Source: an uncultured Thermoplasmata archaeon (lineage in GTDB: Archaea > Thermoplasmatota > Thermoplasmata > Lutacidiplasmatales > UBA184). From it: a stretch of 64,000 nt of DNA. The position numbers and the translations under genes are program-made. This document shows positions 51,856 through 62,178 of this stretch, in pieces; positions within the stretch are counted from its first letter, which is position 1, and each line of letters starts with the position of its first letter. The stretch spans positions 437,842-501,841 of the forward strand of contig CAVPSE010000002.1 of NCBI GenBank assembly GCA_963708255.1. The letters run 5' to 3'. A model generated the notes under the pieces. The model was not told the DNA's origin. It did not search any database and saw nothing but the letters and a program-made list of their open reading frames with translations.

Positions 51856-52421
51856 CAGGCCGCTCTCCGTGACGTGGGCGCGTTCGATGATGTAGATGCC
51901 GTCCTGGAAGACCCGGGGGTCGTAGTCGCGGATCTTGGTGGCTCGCTCGATGTTGGCCGCAGCTCTGGCCGACCTGCTCGACGTCGGCGCCCTTGAGGAC
52001 GACGAACTCGCCCTCGACGAGGGCCTCGACACCGGGGACCAGGGGCGCGGTGCGCGGGTGTTTCTCCCCGAGGAAGTTCTCGATGACGAGGGTCGAGTCC
52101 TTCACGGAGACCTTCATCGGGAAGTGGGCGGCGACCGCCTTCATCTTCGCCTCGAAGCCGAGGGTGACGCCCGCGACCAGGTTCTTCACGTGGCTCTCCC
52201 AGGTGTGGAGGAGCGCCTGGGCCTGGCGGCGGTTCGGCGGGAGGCGCAGCACCAGCTCCGCCGTGCCCGGGGCGACGACGAGCGTGAGCGCCTCGGACGG
52301 GAACTTTCGGTGGGTGGTCCCTTTCGGGCCCTTGACGGTGAGCGCGGTGCCGTCGAGCTTCACGGTGACCCCGCTGGGCACGACGACGGTGACCCGGTCC
52401 TTCCGGGCGATCAGTAGACAT
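51855..52421 (-). CDS. rpl6: 50S ribosomal protein uL6
   Basis: ATG 52421. VVVPSGVTVKLDGTALTVKGPKG...HFPMKVSVKDSTLVIENFLGEKHPR...ERATKIRDYDPRVFQDGIYI. Breaks occur right after the start, at ~51960 and probably at the stop, since there is no in-frame stop before the rpl32e ATG. Confidence 0.85.
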   Translation of the reverse strand: MSTDRPEGPGHRRRAQRGHREARRHRAHRQGPERDHPPKVPVRGAHARRRPGHGGAGAAPPAEPPPGPGAPPHLGEPREEPGRGRHPRLRGEDEGGRRPLPDEGLREGLDPRHRELPRGETPAHRAPGPRCRGPRRGRVRRPQGRRRRAGRPELRPTSSEPPRSATTTPGSSRTASTSSNAPTSRRAA

Positions 52422-52800
52422 AGGCGAGGAGCCTCCCTCCGATCTTGAGCTCCCGGGCCTTGGCGTGGCTCATGACGCCCTGGTTCGTGGAGAGGACCAG
52501 GAGACCGAAGTCCTGGGCCGGCAGGAAGCGCGACTCGTACCGTTCCAGCATCCGCCCCCGGACCGAGAGACGGGGCTTGATGACGCCGCAGGAGTTGATG
52601 CGCCGGGAGAGCGTGACCTCGAACTTCCCGCCCCGACCGGTACTGACGAACGAGAAATCCTCGATGTACTTGTGCTCCCGGAAGATCCGCAGCACCTCCC
52701 CGATCAGGTGCGAGGTCGGGGCGAGCTCGACGCGTCCCTTGCCGTCCCGGTCGGCGTGCCGGAGGGCCACGAGGGCGTCGTTGAGCGTATCGTGCTGCAT
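52411..52800 (-). CDS. rps8: 30S ribosomal protein uS8
   Basis: ORF 52411..52800, intact. Confidence 0.95.
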   Translation of the reverse strand: MQHDTLNDALVALRHADRDGKGRVELAPTSHLIGEVLRIFREHKYIEDFSFVSTGRGGKFEVTLSRRINSCGVIKPRLSVRGRMLERYESRFLPAQDFGLLVLSTNQGVMSHAKARELKIGGRLLAYVY

Positions 52801-52807
52801 GGCTCCC

Positions 52808-52954
52808 CTACTGGAACTTTCTGAACCCGAGGTCGACGGCGACCTCGCGGAAGCACTGGCGGCACACGTGGAGTCCGTACCGGCGCACGATCCCGCGCTT
52901 GCGGTCGCACCGCAGACACCCGACCTTCCGACCGAACTGCTTCCTCGTCTTCAT
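52808..52954 (-). CDS. rps14: 30S ribosomal protein uS14 (zinc-binding type)
   Basis: Not in the ORF track (48 aa): [48 protein letters not shown]. Confidence 0.85.
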   Translation of the reverse strand: MKTRKQFGRKVGCLRCDRKRGIVRRYGLHVCRQCFREVAVDLGFRKFQ

Positions 52955-52959
52955 CGCAC

Positions 52960-53526
52960 TTACTCCAGGAAGACGACGCGCAGCTGTTCCCCGAGGAACT
53001 TGCGGGTCTCCTCCTTCGAGATCCGCTGCCGCTTCGGCAGCGCGTGGGTCTGGATCTTGCGGTCGCGGATCCGCTGGCCGGCCCGCCCGAGGACGACGCA
53101 GATGTCCATGCCGCGGATGCCGATCTGCGGGTCGTACTTCTGGCCCGCGAAGTCGGTGTAGTCGGAGAGGCCGAAGGAGAAGTTCCCGACCTTGTCAATG
53201 GACGCGGGGTCGAACTGGCGGTCGCGCGCGTCGAGCGCCCGGTCGAGGAACTCGCGAGCCTCGGGGCCCCGGAGGGTCACCTTGGCGCCGATCTCCTGCC
53301 CCTCCCGGATGCCGAAGTCCCGGTTGGTGGACTTGGAGCGGGTCGGGACGGGCTTCTGGTGAGTGATCATCTGGAGGACCTTGACGGCCTTGGTCCGAGG
53401 GTCGCCGGATTCGCCGACCCCGGCGTTGACGACGACCTTGAGCACCCGGATCGCGCGGGGACCCGTCTCGGGCCGGACCGAGGGCGCGGCCGGCGGCGGC
53501 GGCGCGGGGGCGGCCGCGGCCGTCAC
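52960..53526 (-). CDS. rpl5: 50S ribosomal protein uL5
   Basis: GTG 53526 (GTGA overlap with the rps4e stop). [17 protein letters not shown]...[12 protein letters not shown]...GMDICVVL. Confidence 0.9.
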   Translation of the reverse strand: MTAAAAPAPPPPAAPSVRPETGPRAIRVLKVVVNAGVGESGDPRTKAVKVLQMITHQKPVPTRSKSTNRDFGIREGQEIGAKVTLRGPEAREFLDRALDARDRQFDPASIDKVGNFSFGLSDYTDFAGQKYDPQIGIRGMDICVVLGRAGQRIRDRKIQTHALPKRQRISKEETRKFLGEQLRVVFLE

Positions 53527-54239
53527 TTCGCCACCTCCTCGCCCAGGGTCACCTGGGGCGAGGCGTCCCCGACGACGAAGACATACTCCTTGATGGTGGA
53601 GAACCCTTCCTTGAAGTGGACCCGGTTGGGCTGGGGCGAGTTGAGGACCTCGATCTTCTCGACGCGGGCGACCTCGCCGACGTGGGAGCCACCGACGATG
53701 TAGGCGAGGCGCCCGGGGGCGAGCGTCAGATGGGTCGCGACCTTCTGGCTCGGGAGGTCGATCTTCAGCGAGTCGCCGACCTTGTACGGCGTGGTGGAGG
53801 GGAGCAACAGGTTGCGGCCGTCGTGGAGGGTGACCTCGACCTTGCCCCCCCGGACGGCGTGCTTGAACCGCACGCGCGCGATCTTCGTGGTCGCCTCGGG
53901 ACCCGGGATCGAGACCAGGACCAGCTTGCCCCGCCGGTTCCGGACCATCCGGAAATGCTCGTTGAGAGGAGCGCCGAAGGAGACCGTGTCCATGAGGCCG
54001 ACCCCCCGGTCGAGGTCCTTCGCGACCTTCCCATCGATCTTGACCGCGCCCCCGCCGACGAGGATGCGCGCTTCGCGGGCCGACTGCACGATCCCCCGGA
54101 TGTCCCGGAGGACGAGGAGGAGCGGGACGGAGGCGTCCTGGGCGTGGGGACCCGGGGCGGGGCGCTTGATCCACTTCGTCCCCTTCCGGGGGATGGTCCA
54201 GCTGCGGGGCGCCGCGCGCCGCTTCAGCCGGAACGTCAT
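53523..54239 (-). CDS. rps4e: 30S ribosomal protein eS4
   Basis: ATG 54239. RLKRRAAPRSWTIPRKGTKWIKRP...VKIDGKV...GLMDTVSF. Intact. Confidence 0.9.
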   Translation of the reverse strand: MTFRLKRRAAPRSWTIPRKGTKWIKRPAPGPHAQDASVPLLLVLRDIRGIVQSAREARILVGGGAVKIDGKVAKDLDRGVGLMDTVSFGAPLNEHFRMVRNRRGKLVLVSIPGPEATTKIARVRFKHAVRGGKVEVTLHDGRNLLLPSTTPYKVGDSLKIDLPSQKVATHLTLAPGRLAYIVGGSHVGEVARVEKIEVLNSPQPNRVHFKEGFSTIKEYVFVVGDASPQVTLGEEVAK

Positions 54240-54676
54240 TTGTCCGCCTCCTTCGACGGGGTCGCGGGGGCGGCCTCGGTCGCGTCGGCGCCCTCGGTCG
54301 TCTCCTCCGGGGGAGCTTCGGTGACCTTCAGGATCCGGCGCCGCCAGGCGTCGGAGAGGTTGAGCTTCGTCAGGACCAGGTGGCTGGTGCGGATCGGCAG
54401 GGGCTTGAGCTTGGAATCGGCGGTCTTCCCCGTGACGTTGTCGAGGGTGACCGCGTACTTCTGGAGGTTGACCTTCGCGACCCGTTCCTCGCGGCCGACG
54501 TAGCTTCCTGAGAGGACCCGAACGGTGTCCCCCTTGCGGACGGGGAGGCTGCGCCGTCCGTAGCGGCGGCGAAGCTCCTTCGAGAGCGCCACGCTCATCT
54601 TGCGGTGCCGCTCGAACAGGTCGGCGTTGTACATCGCCTTGCGCTGCTGGCGCGGAAGGGCCGAGGTCGTCGACAC
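54236..54676 (-). CDS. rpl24: 50S ribosomal protein uL24
   Basis: ORF 54236..54676. LPVRKGDTVRVLSGSYVGREERVAKV (KOW). Confidence 0.9.
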   Translation of the reverse strand: MSTTSALPRQQRKAMYNADLFERHRKMSVALSKELRRRYGRRSLPVRKGDTVRVLSGSYVGREERVAKVNLQKYAVTLDNVTGKTADSKLKPLPIRTSHLVLTKLNLSDAWRRRILKVTEAPPEETTEGADATEAAPATPSKEADK

Positions 54677-54688
54677 GCTTCTTCCCCC

Positions 54689-55087
54689 CTACACGATGAT
54701 CGAGGAGGCCGCGGCGATCCGCGGCCACCGCTCGGCAGCTTCCTTGGCGACGGGGCCCTTGATCTGGGAGCCCTTGATCTCGCCGGTCTCGGTGGTGATG
54801 ACGGCGGCGTTGTCCTCGAACTGGAGGCGCGTCCCGTCGGCCCGCCGCATCGGGGAGCGGGCGCGAACGATCACGGCGTGGAGCACCTGGCGGCGCATCT
54901 CGGGGGTCCCCTTCTTGACGGAGACGATGACGAGGTCCGCGATCCCGGCCCGCGGGTAGCGGCGGTGGGTGCCGTGCCAGTTCCGGACCGCGATGATCTC
55001 GACGACCTTCGCCCCGGTGTTGTCGACGCAGTCGAGGCGCGCCCCCTTGGGGAGCCCGCGGCCCCGCCGCCCCGCGAGGCCCTTCAT
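54689..55087 (-). CDS. rpl14: 50S ribosomal protein uL14
   Basis: ORF 54689..55087, intact. [15 protein letters not shown]. Confidence 0.95.
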   Translation of the reverse strand: MKGLAGRRGRGLPKGARLDCVDNTGAKVVEIIAVRNWHGTHRRYPRAGIADLVIVSVKKGTPEMRRQVLHAVIVRARSPMRRADGTRLQFEDNAAVITTETGEIKGSQIKGPVAKEAAERWPRIAAASSIIV

Positions 55088-55524
55088 GTGCGTCGGCCTC
55101 CGTGGGCTTGGGCGCTCGGCGTCGGTGGGCCTCCGGCTCCTCGCCCTTCACGCGGAGCGCCGCCTCCCCGAGGTCCTGGACGATGCAGAAGGAGACGGTC
55201 TTCGAGAGCGGACGGGTCTCGGCGATCCGGACCTTCCGCCCGACGGCGATCTTGAGGCACGGCGGGTTGTGGGCGAGGTAGCGGCGGCGCCGCTTCTCGA
55301 ACCGCTCGTACTTGGGACGAAGTGCAGCAGGGTGCGCTCGACGACGGCGGTGCGCTGCATCGCGGTGGAGACGACCGTCCCCTCGAGGACCTGGCCCCGG
55401 ACCGGGAGGCGCCCGTGGAACGGGCAGTGGGCGTCGTCGCACGCCTCCTTGGGGGCGCGGACGTCGAGACCGATGTCCCGGCCGCGGCGCTTGGCTGGGA
55501 GTTCGACGGACGTGCAGGCGTCAC
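55084..55524 (-). CDS. rps17: 30S ribosomal protein uS17
   Basis: [49 protein letters not shown], then [42 protein letters not shown]. The stop overlaps the rpl14 ATG. Two to three frame breaks. The GTG 55524 start is provisional. Confidence 0.8.
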   Translation of the reverse strand: MTPARPSNSQPSAAAGTSVSTSAPPRRRATTPTARSTGASRSGARSSRGRSSPPRCSAPPSSSAPCCTSSQVRAVREAAPPLPRPQPAVPQDRRRAEGPDRRDPSALEDRLLLHRPGPRGGGAPREGRGAGGPPTPSAQAHGGRRT

Positions 55525-55839
55525 GAGGAACCTCTCCGACCGCGGCCGAGAAGGCGCTTCGGTACGGTCTTCGGGACGCACGCGAAGGGCGTCGCCATCT
55601 TAAGGGTAGCGGCCGCCGTCGAGGACGATGGTGCCGATCGGCCCCCGCCTTCGGGATCCGGACGATCCGGCCATCGGCCCGGCGCGGACGAGGAACGTCT
55701 CGAGCGCTCTCGTCCACCAGGGTGCCCTGGAGCGGGAGGCGCGCGAGGCCGGGGTGCGCGTCGATGCGAGACCGGCGAGCCGAGGATCTCCCCGGCGAGG
55801 CGGTCCGGCGACGGTTCCGAACGGTCAGGGGCGCGCCAC
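55521..55839 (-). CDS. rnp1: RNase P protein component 1 (Rpp29/Pop4-like)
   Basis: Conserved slot between rpl29 and rps17. Fragments [35 protein letters not shown] and [13 protein letters not shown] are scattered over three frames. Boundaries are provisional. Confidence 0.55.
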
Positions 55840-55848
55840 GTACAGCTC

Positions 55849-56083
55849 CTACGACCGGGTCGGCGAGGCCGTCGGCCCGGGCGGCGTTCGTCGCGCTCGG
55901 AGAGGACGGTGAGGGAGCGCGCGACGTTCGTGCGGAGCGCGCGCATCCGGCCGGGGCTCGGCGGCGCACCGCCCATCGCGGCGATCCCGCGCTCCCGCAG
56001 GAGGTCGTTCTCCGCCTCGGCGATCTTCGGCGGAGCTCCTCGTCGGTGAGGGCGCGCAGCTCCTTCATCCGAAGGAGGCTCAT
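55849..56083 (-). CDS. rpl29: 50S ribosomal protein uL29
   Basis: ATG 56083: [19 protein letters not shown], then [45 protein letters not shown]. Two frame breaks. TAG 55849-51 is taken as the stop. Confidence 0.8.
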
Positions 56084-56770
56084 GCGACGGTCCCTCCGGC
56101 GGGGCGCCTCGGGACGGCGGCGGCGCCCTCCTCGAGCGAGGCAGGACCTCGACGACCGGCTTCGGCGCGGTCCTCGACGCCCTTGACCTGGATCTCGTCC
56201 GGGAGCTTCGCGGTCGGCTTCATGATCCAGACGTTGACGCCGATGACGCCGGGCTTCAGGCGGGCCTGGTAGAACCCCTTCGCCATGTGGAGGTGGACCG
56301 CCTCGCCGCAGTACTTGATCGTCCCGGCCTTGAACCGCTCCGTGCGGTGGCGCTCGCCGGTGAGCTTCCCGGAGAGGATCACCTGGCAGCCGCGGGCGCC
56401 CGACTCCATGATCCGCCGGACGGTCGAGTGGCCCGCTCGCCGGAAGTGCCAGCCGCGCTCGAGGGTCGAGGCGAGCTTCTCCGCCATCAGCTGCGCGTTG
56501 AGCGACGGCTGGCGCTCCTCCTGGACCTCGATCTGCGGGTTGTCGAGGCTTGAACCGGTTCGCGATGTCCTGCGTGAGCTGCTTGATGAGCTCGCCGCGG
56601 CGGCCGATGAGGATCCCGGGCCGCTCGCAGATGAGCGTGACGCGCGTGCCCATCGGGGTCCGCTGGATGTCGAGGCCGCCGAACCCGGCGCGGGCGCTCT
56701 CCCGGACGAGGAAGTCCTTCAGCAGCACCCGGCGCGTCGCCTCCTGGATGACCTTGCGCTCGCTCGTCAT
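56080..56770 (-). CDS. rps3: 30S ribosomal protein uS3
   Basis: ATG 56770. [19 protein letters not shown]...[31 protein letters not shown] (KH). Frame break ~56550, then ORF 56080..56487. Confidence 0.9.
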
Positions 56771-57231
56771 CGCCGTTGCTCTCCGCCGCTCGGCGAGGAC
56801 GATCTCGACGTTGGTCGTCTGCTCGTTCCACGCCGTGGCGCGGCCGTGGGCCCTCGGCATGTTCGCCTTCTGGATCCGGCCCCGCGCGCACGCGGCGACG
56901 CGGACGACAGGCCGTCGGTGTCGAGCCCCTCGTACTCGGCGTTCGCCTCCGCGTTCGTGAGGACCTGGAGGACGTGCTTCGCGACCTTCTTCGGGTAGCG
57001 GCCGGGGCCGATCCGCTTCTTGTGGGCGGTCTCCTGGTTGTAGCGCCGGAACGGGATGGCGCGCTTGAGCTCCATGACGTCCTCGAGGAGGGATCTTGGC
57101 GTCGTCGAGCGGGCAGCCCGCGGATGGCGTTCAGGACCTCGTAGGTCTTCTTCGGGGAGATCGGCAGCTCGATGCCCCGGGCCCGGGCGACCGTCTGCCC
57201 CCGCGCCGGGCTGGAACGTGTAGCCTCGCAT
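56767..57231 (-). CDS. rpl22: 50S ribosomal protein uL22
   Basis: ATG 57231. [32 protein letters not shown]...[50 protein letters not shown]. 3-4 frame breaks. Confidence 0.85.
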   Translation of the reverse strand: MRGYTFQPGAGADGRPGPGHRAADLPEEDLRGPERHPRAARSTTPRSLLEDVMELKRAIPFRRYNQETAHKKRIGPGRYPKKVAKHVLQVLTNAEANAEYEGLDTDGLSSASPRARGAGSRRRTCRGPTAAPRRGTSRRPTSRSSSPSGGEQRR

Positions 57232-57240
57232 AACTTCCTC

Positions 57241-57669
57241 CTACTTCAGCGGCATGAACTTCGACGACCGGGTGGCGCCGACGCCCGGTCCCGAGTGCTT
57301 CTCGAACCGGCGGGTCAGGGCGAACTCCCCGTAGTAGTGGCCGATCATCTCCGGGCGGACCTCGATCTCCTTGAACTCCTTGCCCGTGTAGACGGCGACA
57401 CGGTGCCCGACGTGGGACGGGAGGATCAGGGCGTCCCGGACGTGGGTTCGGAGCGGCTGGTCCTTCGGATGCTCCCGCAGACGCTCCTGGAACGTCCGCT
57501 GGTCGCATCGGTGAACCCGCGGCGGATCGACCGGCGGGCGCGGCGCCGAGGAGCTTCGCCAGGTCTTCGAGGGTCATCGCCTGGAGCTCCGGGAGCGTGC
57601 GGCCCTTGAGGGTGAACTCGCGCTTCCGCCGGACCTCGACCTTCTTCGGGCCTTCCGACCCTTCGCCAT
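57241..57669 (-). CDS. rps19: 30S ribosomal protein uS19
   Basis: ATG 57669. KREFTLKGRTLPELQAMTLEDLAKLL, RTHVRDALILPSHVGHRVAVYTGKEFKEIEVRPEMIGHYYGEFALTR, GVGATRSSKFMPLK*. About 3 frame breaks. Confidence 0.85.
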
Positions 57670-57673
57670 GAGG

Positions 57674-58399
57674 TTACATCCCCCCGCCGCGCGCGCGCTT
57701 CTTGCGCCGCTGGGAACGTGAGAACCGTCCGACCTTCGCGCCCGGCCAGGTCCCCGAGGAGACCGTGCTCGGGCGACCGACGTGCTGGTGGGCCCCGCCG
57801 CCGTGCGGGTGGTTGACCGGGTTCATCGCGACGCCGCGGACCTTGAACGCGGGCTTCGAGAGGGTATGGTAGGCGTGGACCTTCTTGCCGGCCTTGATGA
57901 TCGGCCGCTCGAGACGGCCGCCGCCGGCGATCGTCCCGACCTGGGCGCGGCAGGTCGCGAGGAACACCTTGAACCGCCCGCTCGGCAGCTGGAGGGTCAC
58001 CTCGCGACCCGCGTGGGCCACCACGAGGGCGCTGGTCCCGGCGGCGCGGACGAGCCGGCCGCCATCGAACGGATTGACCTCGATGTTGGAGACGAGCGTC
58101 CCGTCCGGGATCTCGCCGAGGGGCAGGATGCTCCCCCGGTCGACCTGCCCGGCGTTGAGGGAGACCTTGTCGCCCGTCGAGAGGCCGGCCGTGGCGAGGA
58201 CGGTGAACGTCGCCCCTTCGGACGGGCTGACCGCGGCGACCGGCGCGGAACGGCCGGGAGCCTGCTCGATGGCGACCACGGTCGCCTCGCCGGTGACCGA
58301 GGCCGTCGGATGGTAGACCGCCCCGTGGTGCCGGTGGCTCGGAGAGCGGTACGGACCCGTGCCGGCCCCGCGCCGGCGGGAGATGATGCGCTTCCCCAT
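57674..58399 (-). CDS. rpl2: 50S ribosomal protein uL2
   Basis: ATG 58399 in ORF 57674..59332. GVAMNPVNHPHGGG. Intact. Confidence 0.95.
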   Translation of the reverse strand: MGKRIISRRRGAGTGPYRSPSHRHHGAVYHPTASVTGEATVVAIEQAPGRSAPVAAVSPSEGATFTVLATAGLSTGDKVSLNAGQVDRGSILPLGEIPDGTLVSNIEVNPFDGGRLVRAAGTSALVVAHAGREVTLQLPSGRFKVFLATCRAQVGTIAGGGRLERPIIKAGKKVHAYHTLSKPAFKVRGVAMNPVNHPHGGGAHQHVGRPSTVSSGTWPGAKVGRFSRSQRRKKRARGGGM

Positions 58400-58663
58400 T
58401 AGAACACTCCTGCCCGGCTCCCAATGTCCTCGGCCGAGAACGGCGGGGCGAACTTGACCGTCGCGATCTTGCCCGGCGAGGACGATCTTGACGTTGACCT
58501 TCGCGACCTTGCAGCTGTAGACCTCCTCGACCGCGCGGCGGATCTCCTCCCGGGTGGCGCGGTGGTCGACGACGAACTCGAGCTTGTTCTGGCGCTCCAT
58601 CTCGTCCATGGACTTCTCGGTCACATAGGCGTGGAGAAGGATCCGGTGGCGGAGGTTCGTCAT
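58399..58663 (-). CDS. rpl23: 50S ribosomal protein uL23
   Basis: ATG 58663. ILLHAYVTEKSMDEMERQNKLEFVVDHRATREEIRRAVEEVY.CKVAKVNV. Frame break ~58480. TAATG junction with rpl2. Confidence 0.85.
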
Positions 58664-59489
58664 GCGACCGCCCCCTCGAGCCGCTGCTTCAGGCTTTCCA
58701 AGGCTGCGAGCGAGAAGATCGTGAGACGCCCGGAGTCGCCGCCGGGGGCGAGGTCCTCCGTGCCGAGGCGGCTCGACCGGGACCACGTCGACGCCGGGGA
58801 GGTTGCGGAACCCGAGCGCCTTCCCGGGGGCGCTGGTGACCATGAGCAGGCTCTTCGGCGCGCGACGGGTGCGGCCCCGCCGCTTCCCTCGACCGGCACG
58901 GACATGGACCCCGTCGCTGGCGCGCTGGATGTCGTCCCAGAGATGGAGCGTCGCGAGGAGAGCACGGGCCTCCGCCGAGGTGCCGATGTTCTCGGCGGTG
59001 GTGTCGAGGACCACGGGGAGGTGCAGCCCCTCGGGAATGTCATGGCCGCGGGCCCGTACAAGGTCGGTGTCCCGGGTCGCCGCGAGGGCGGCGGCGAAGG
59101 CCAGGCGGCGTTCCTTGGTGTTGATCTTCTTCGTCCAGATCGTCTCGATCGTCGGGGGGTGGGTAAGGCGCCCCCCGACGGTGTTCGGGGCCTGGGCCCC
59201 CCGCATCGAGTCCATCAGCCGGGGCGAGCGGGAGACACCCTTGCCCTTCCCGGACCACTCCACCGAGTGCCGGAGGCCGGCCGTAGGCGAGGTTCCGTGG
59301 GGCTGACGGCGGTGCGACTGGGCCGCGACCACCGCGCGCCGGACCAGGTCCGGGCGCAGGGGCGAGGAGAAGGCGAGGGGGAGCGGGACCTGGCGCGCCG
59401 GGCGTCCCCTTGGGGTCGACCACGTGAACGCGGTGGTGCGGCGTCGCGTGTTCCTCGGGCTCCGAGCCCGGCGGCTTCGGCGGGCTCAT
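58660..59489 (-). CDS. rpl4: 50S ribosomal protein uL4
   Basis: ATG 59489. RPDLVRRAVVAAQSHRRQPHG...VGGRLTHPP...KINTKERRLA...RAGRGKRRGR...LAPGGDSGRLTIF. Two frame breaks (~59400, ~58790). Confidence 0.85.
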
Positions 59490-60486
59490 ACGCCCTGCTT
59501 CGAGGCGAGGCTCAGGTAGCGGAGGTCGACCTTCTCGACCATCGCCACCTGGCTACGGATAGGGAGGCGGAACCGAAGCAGGCGCTTCGCCGGGCCGGGG
59601 AGCGAGCCGTGCGAGGACCACGCACGCCGAGCGGACCTCGCCGTAGTGGGGGAACCCGCCGGCCGGCGACGATCGGCTCGGTCCGGGGGTCGCGGACGAT
59701 CTTCAGGACCCGCATGTTGTACTGGGTCCGGCGGTGGTAGCCCGTCTGACCCGCCTGCGGGATCCGGTACGTGACGAAACTCGGGTTGTGGGGGCCGAGC
59801 GTACCGATCATCCGCCGGTGCTTGGAGTTCTTCCGAGGCTGGAGTTTGACGCCCCAGCGCTGGATGTGGCCCTGGAACCCGTACCCTTTCGTGACGCCGA
59901 TGACGTCGAGGAACTCGCCTTCCTTGGCGAGCTGGTCGAGCGGCACCTCGGTGCCGACCTTGGAGAGGGCGAACGTCCGACGGTCCGCGAGCTTCTCCCC
60001 CGAGACGCGGAGCTCGAACAGGCGGGGGGTCTTCGAGCCGACCCCCGTGATGAGCTGGGGCTGGGAGTGGACGATCAGACGGACCTCGTCGCCGGCCGCG
60101 TGGGAGAACGTCTCGCGCGCCTCGGGGGAGGACGCGGGGTGGGGGGAGATGCGTCGGTTGATCTCGCCCTCCGTGCAGTCGCTCCACACCTCGGCCACGA
60201 CCCGGCTCCCGTACGGCTCGCGCCGATAGATCCGGGCGCCGACGACACGCATGGGGGGGACCTCGACGACGGTCACGGGGACCGATACCTCCTGGCCGGC
60301 GGTGGTCGACCGCTTCCGGTAGTCGACGATGAACGCATGGGTCATCCCGACCTTGAAGCCGGCGAACCCCTCGATGGTGGGAGCCTTGGGGCCGGGGGGC
60401 CAGCTGCGGACCCTCGGCACGGGCCGAACGGCCCGGGAGCGGGGGGAGAAACCGAGGGAACCTCGGCGGGGACGATGCCGTGCCAT
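59486..60486 (-). CDS. rpl3: 50S ribosomal protein uL3
   Basis: ORF 59512..60486 (RPRRGSLGFSPRSRA...FKVGMTHAF...GVTKGYGFQGHIQRWGVK...). The C-terminus (GSLPGPAKRLLRFR...) is in the frame ending at 59486. Two breaks ~59620-59650. Confidence 0.9.
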
Positions 60487-60533
60487 AGGTCGATGGGGGG
60501 AGCTACCTCCGGTGGGGACGGGGGAGAAACGTA

Positions 60534-60545
60534 CCCTATATAACG
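60534..60545. promoter_or_regulatory. Palindromic TATA element upstream of the rpl3 operon
   Basis: CCCTATATAACG lies ~50 nt upstream of the minus-strand ATG 60486. Orientation cannot be decided by eye. Confidence 0.4.
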
Positions 60546-60748
60546 ACTGGGAGGAAAACGCCCGGAGTCACGTCGAAAACGAGGCGTTCTTCGAGAGTGG
60601 AACGCACCGGAACACGGCACGTTCCGAACGCGCGCGTAGAGGAGCCGCCGTTCCGGGGGCGCACGAGCGTGGCCGTTTCTCCCGCCGTGGGAGAGCGCGA
60701 CGGCCCATCCAAGCGGTAAATAGTCATCGCGACATTCTATCGTTGCCA

Positions 60749-61234
60749 ATGGACACCGACCGGGAAGGTGCCGGCGGCCCCCTCCCGTCCCCAGGGCGAC
60801 TGTGGACGGTCGAGGAGGCGAACGCACGGCTGGGCGATCTGCGGGAGCTCCTGCCGAGGCTCCGGGCCGCCGCCATCCGGCTTCGGAAGGCGCAGGAACA
60901 GCTCGAGCGGCTCAGCGCATTCTGGGGCAAGGAGCTCGATGCCCCCGACCAGCCGGACAAGGCCGTCCACGCCCGTCTCCGGGAGGAGGCGGTCCAGCTC
61001 GAGGGGATGCTCGAGGAGGAGCTCCACAAGCTCCACGAGGAGGGGATCGAGGTGAAGGACCTCGACCGGGGGCTGTTGGACTTCTACGGGATCCAGTCGG
61101 GGGAGGTCGTCTTCCTCTGCTGGCAGCGGTCGGAGGACGAGGTCGGCTACTTCCACGCGCTCGAGGGCGGGTTCCGGAACCGGCGGCCCATCGACCCGGC
61201 CGCCCAGCGCGTTCCGCCAGCCCGGCGCCCCTAG
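60749..61234 (+). CDS. DUF2203-family protein
   Basis: ATG 60749 in ORF 60329..61234. LWTVEEANARLGDLRELLPRL...GIEVKDLDRGLLDFYG...VFLCWQ..EDEVGYFH. A TAAATAG element lies ~30 nt upstream. Confidence 0.5.
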   Translation: MDTDREGAGGPLPSPGRLWTVEEANARLGDLRELLPRLRAAAIRLRKAQEQLERLSAFWGKELDAPDQPDKAVHARLREEAVQLEGMLEEELHKLHEEGIEVKDLDRGLLDFYGIQSGEVVFLCWQRSEDEVGYFHALEGGFRNRRPIDPAAQRVPPARRP

Positions 61235-62139
61235 CGCTCGGTCTCCATCGGGACCGCCCAGGCGAAGTCCACCAGACCGAGCGTGAGGGCCGTCACGCCG
61301 GCCGCCACCAGGACAAAGAGGGGGATCTCCACCAGCGGGAACGCGGACGCGATCCCAAGCTCCACGAGTGCGAACGGCACGACCGCGGCCGCGGTGCCTC
61401 CGGCCACGACCCACGTGGGCCCGCGGCGTCGCCACGCGGCCACCGCCGCGATGCCGGCCAGGCCGGAGGCGATCGCCAGCACCGCCGAGCCGGACCAGAC
61501 CCCGGTGAGCATCCCCTCCATGTCCCCGTAGACGGCGGACCCCTGCACGGTCGCGTTCTCCGGGGAGCCGGGCGCGAGGAGCACCGTGAAGTTCGTCGGG
61601 TCGGGGATCGAGGAGTAGACGGGAGAGAGGAAGAGGCTCACCAGGGCCGCTTGGGACCGGGGCGTCGTGATGTTCAGGAGAACGCCGCCGGCAGGGACGC
61701 CGGGGACCAGGAACCGGCCCTGGGGCCCCGTCGTGACCGATTGGTTGAACCCCGCCTCCCCGGTGACGTGAACGGTCGCCACCATCGTGGGCGGGAGCCC
61801 CTCCACGGTTCCGCCCACCTCGTAGGTCGCCGGGCCGAGCGCTGCCACGCCGGTCGCGGCGAGGCCCCCGGCGAGACCGGCCAGCACGATCGCGAGGCCG
61901 AGCAGGACGATCGCGGTGGCCGGGGTCACCCGGGGATTGGGGGCCTGGGGCGCCCGAAGCGCGGGATATAGACCCGGGAACGCCTCCCAGGTGAACAGCG
62001 GGGCGGGGTCCCGGGGACTCACGACCGGCAGGGGGGTCGAGCAATGGGGGCAGGTGGCCCAGGTGGGAGCCATCGTCGGGTACGCCGGCGCGGCGACGTA
62101 GGCGCCGCACCTCGGGCATCGCAGGGTGACCCACGCCAT
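61231..62139 (-). CDS. Membrane protein with N-terminal zinc ribbon and Ig-like/carboxypeptidase-regulatory-like domain
   Basis: ORF 61231..62139. RCPRCG...CPHC. TM. YEVGGTVEG...GPQGRFLVPGVPAGGVLLNITTP. Three C-terminal TM helices. Confidence 0.4.
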   Translation of the reverse strand: MAWVTLRCPRCGAYVAAPAYPTMAPTWATCPHCSTPLPVVSPRDPAPLFTWEAFPGLYPALRAPQAPNPRVTPATAIVLLGLAIVLAGLAGGLAATGVAALGPATYEVGGTVEGLPPTMVATVHVTGEAGFNQSVTTGPQGRFLVPGVPAGGVLLNITTPRSQAALVSLFLSPVYSSIPDPTNFTVLLAPGSPENATVQGSAVYGDMEGMLTGVWSGSAVLAIASGLAGIAAVAAWRRRGPTWVVAGGTAAAVVPFALVELGIASAFPLVEIPLFVLVAAGVTALTLGLVDFAWAVPMETER

Positions 62140-62178
62140 CGTCCGCGCCGGCCCCAGCCCCGCCGGCAGACTTTAGCC

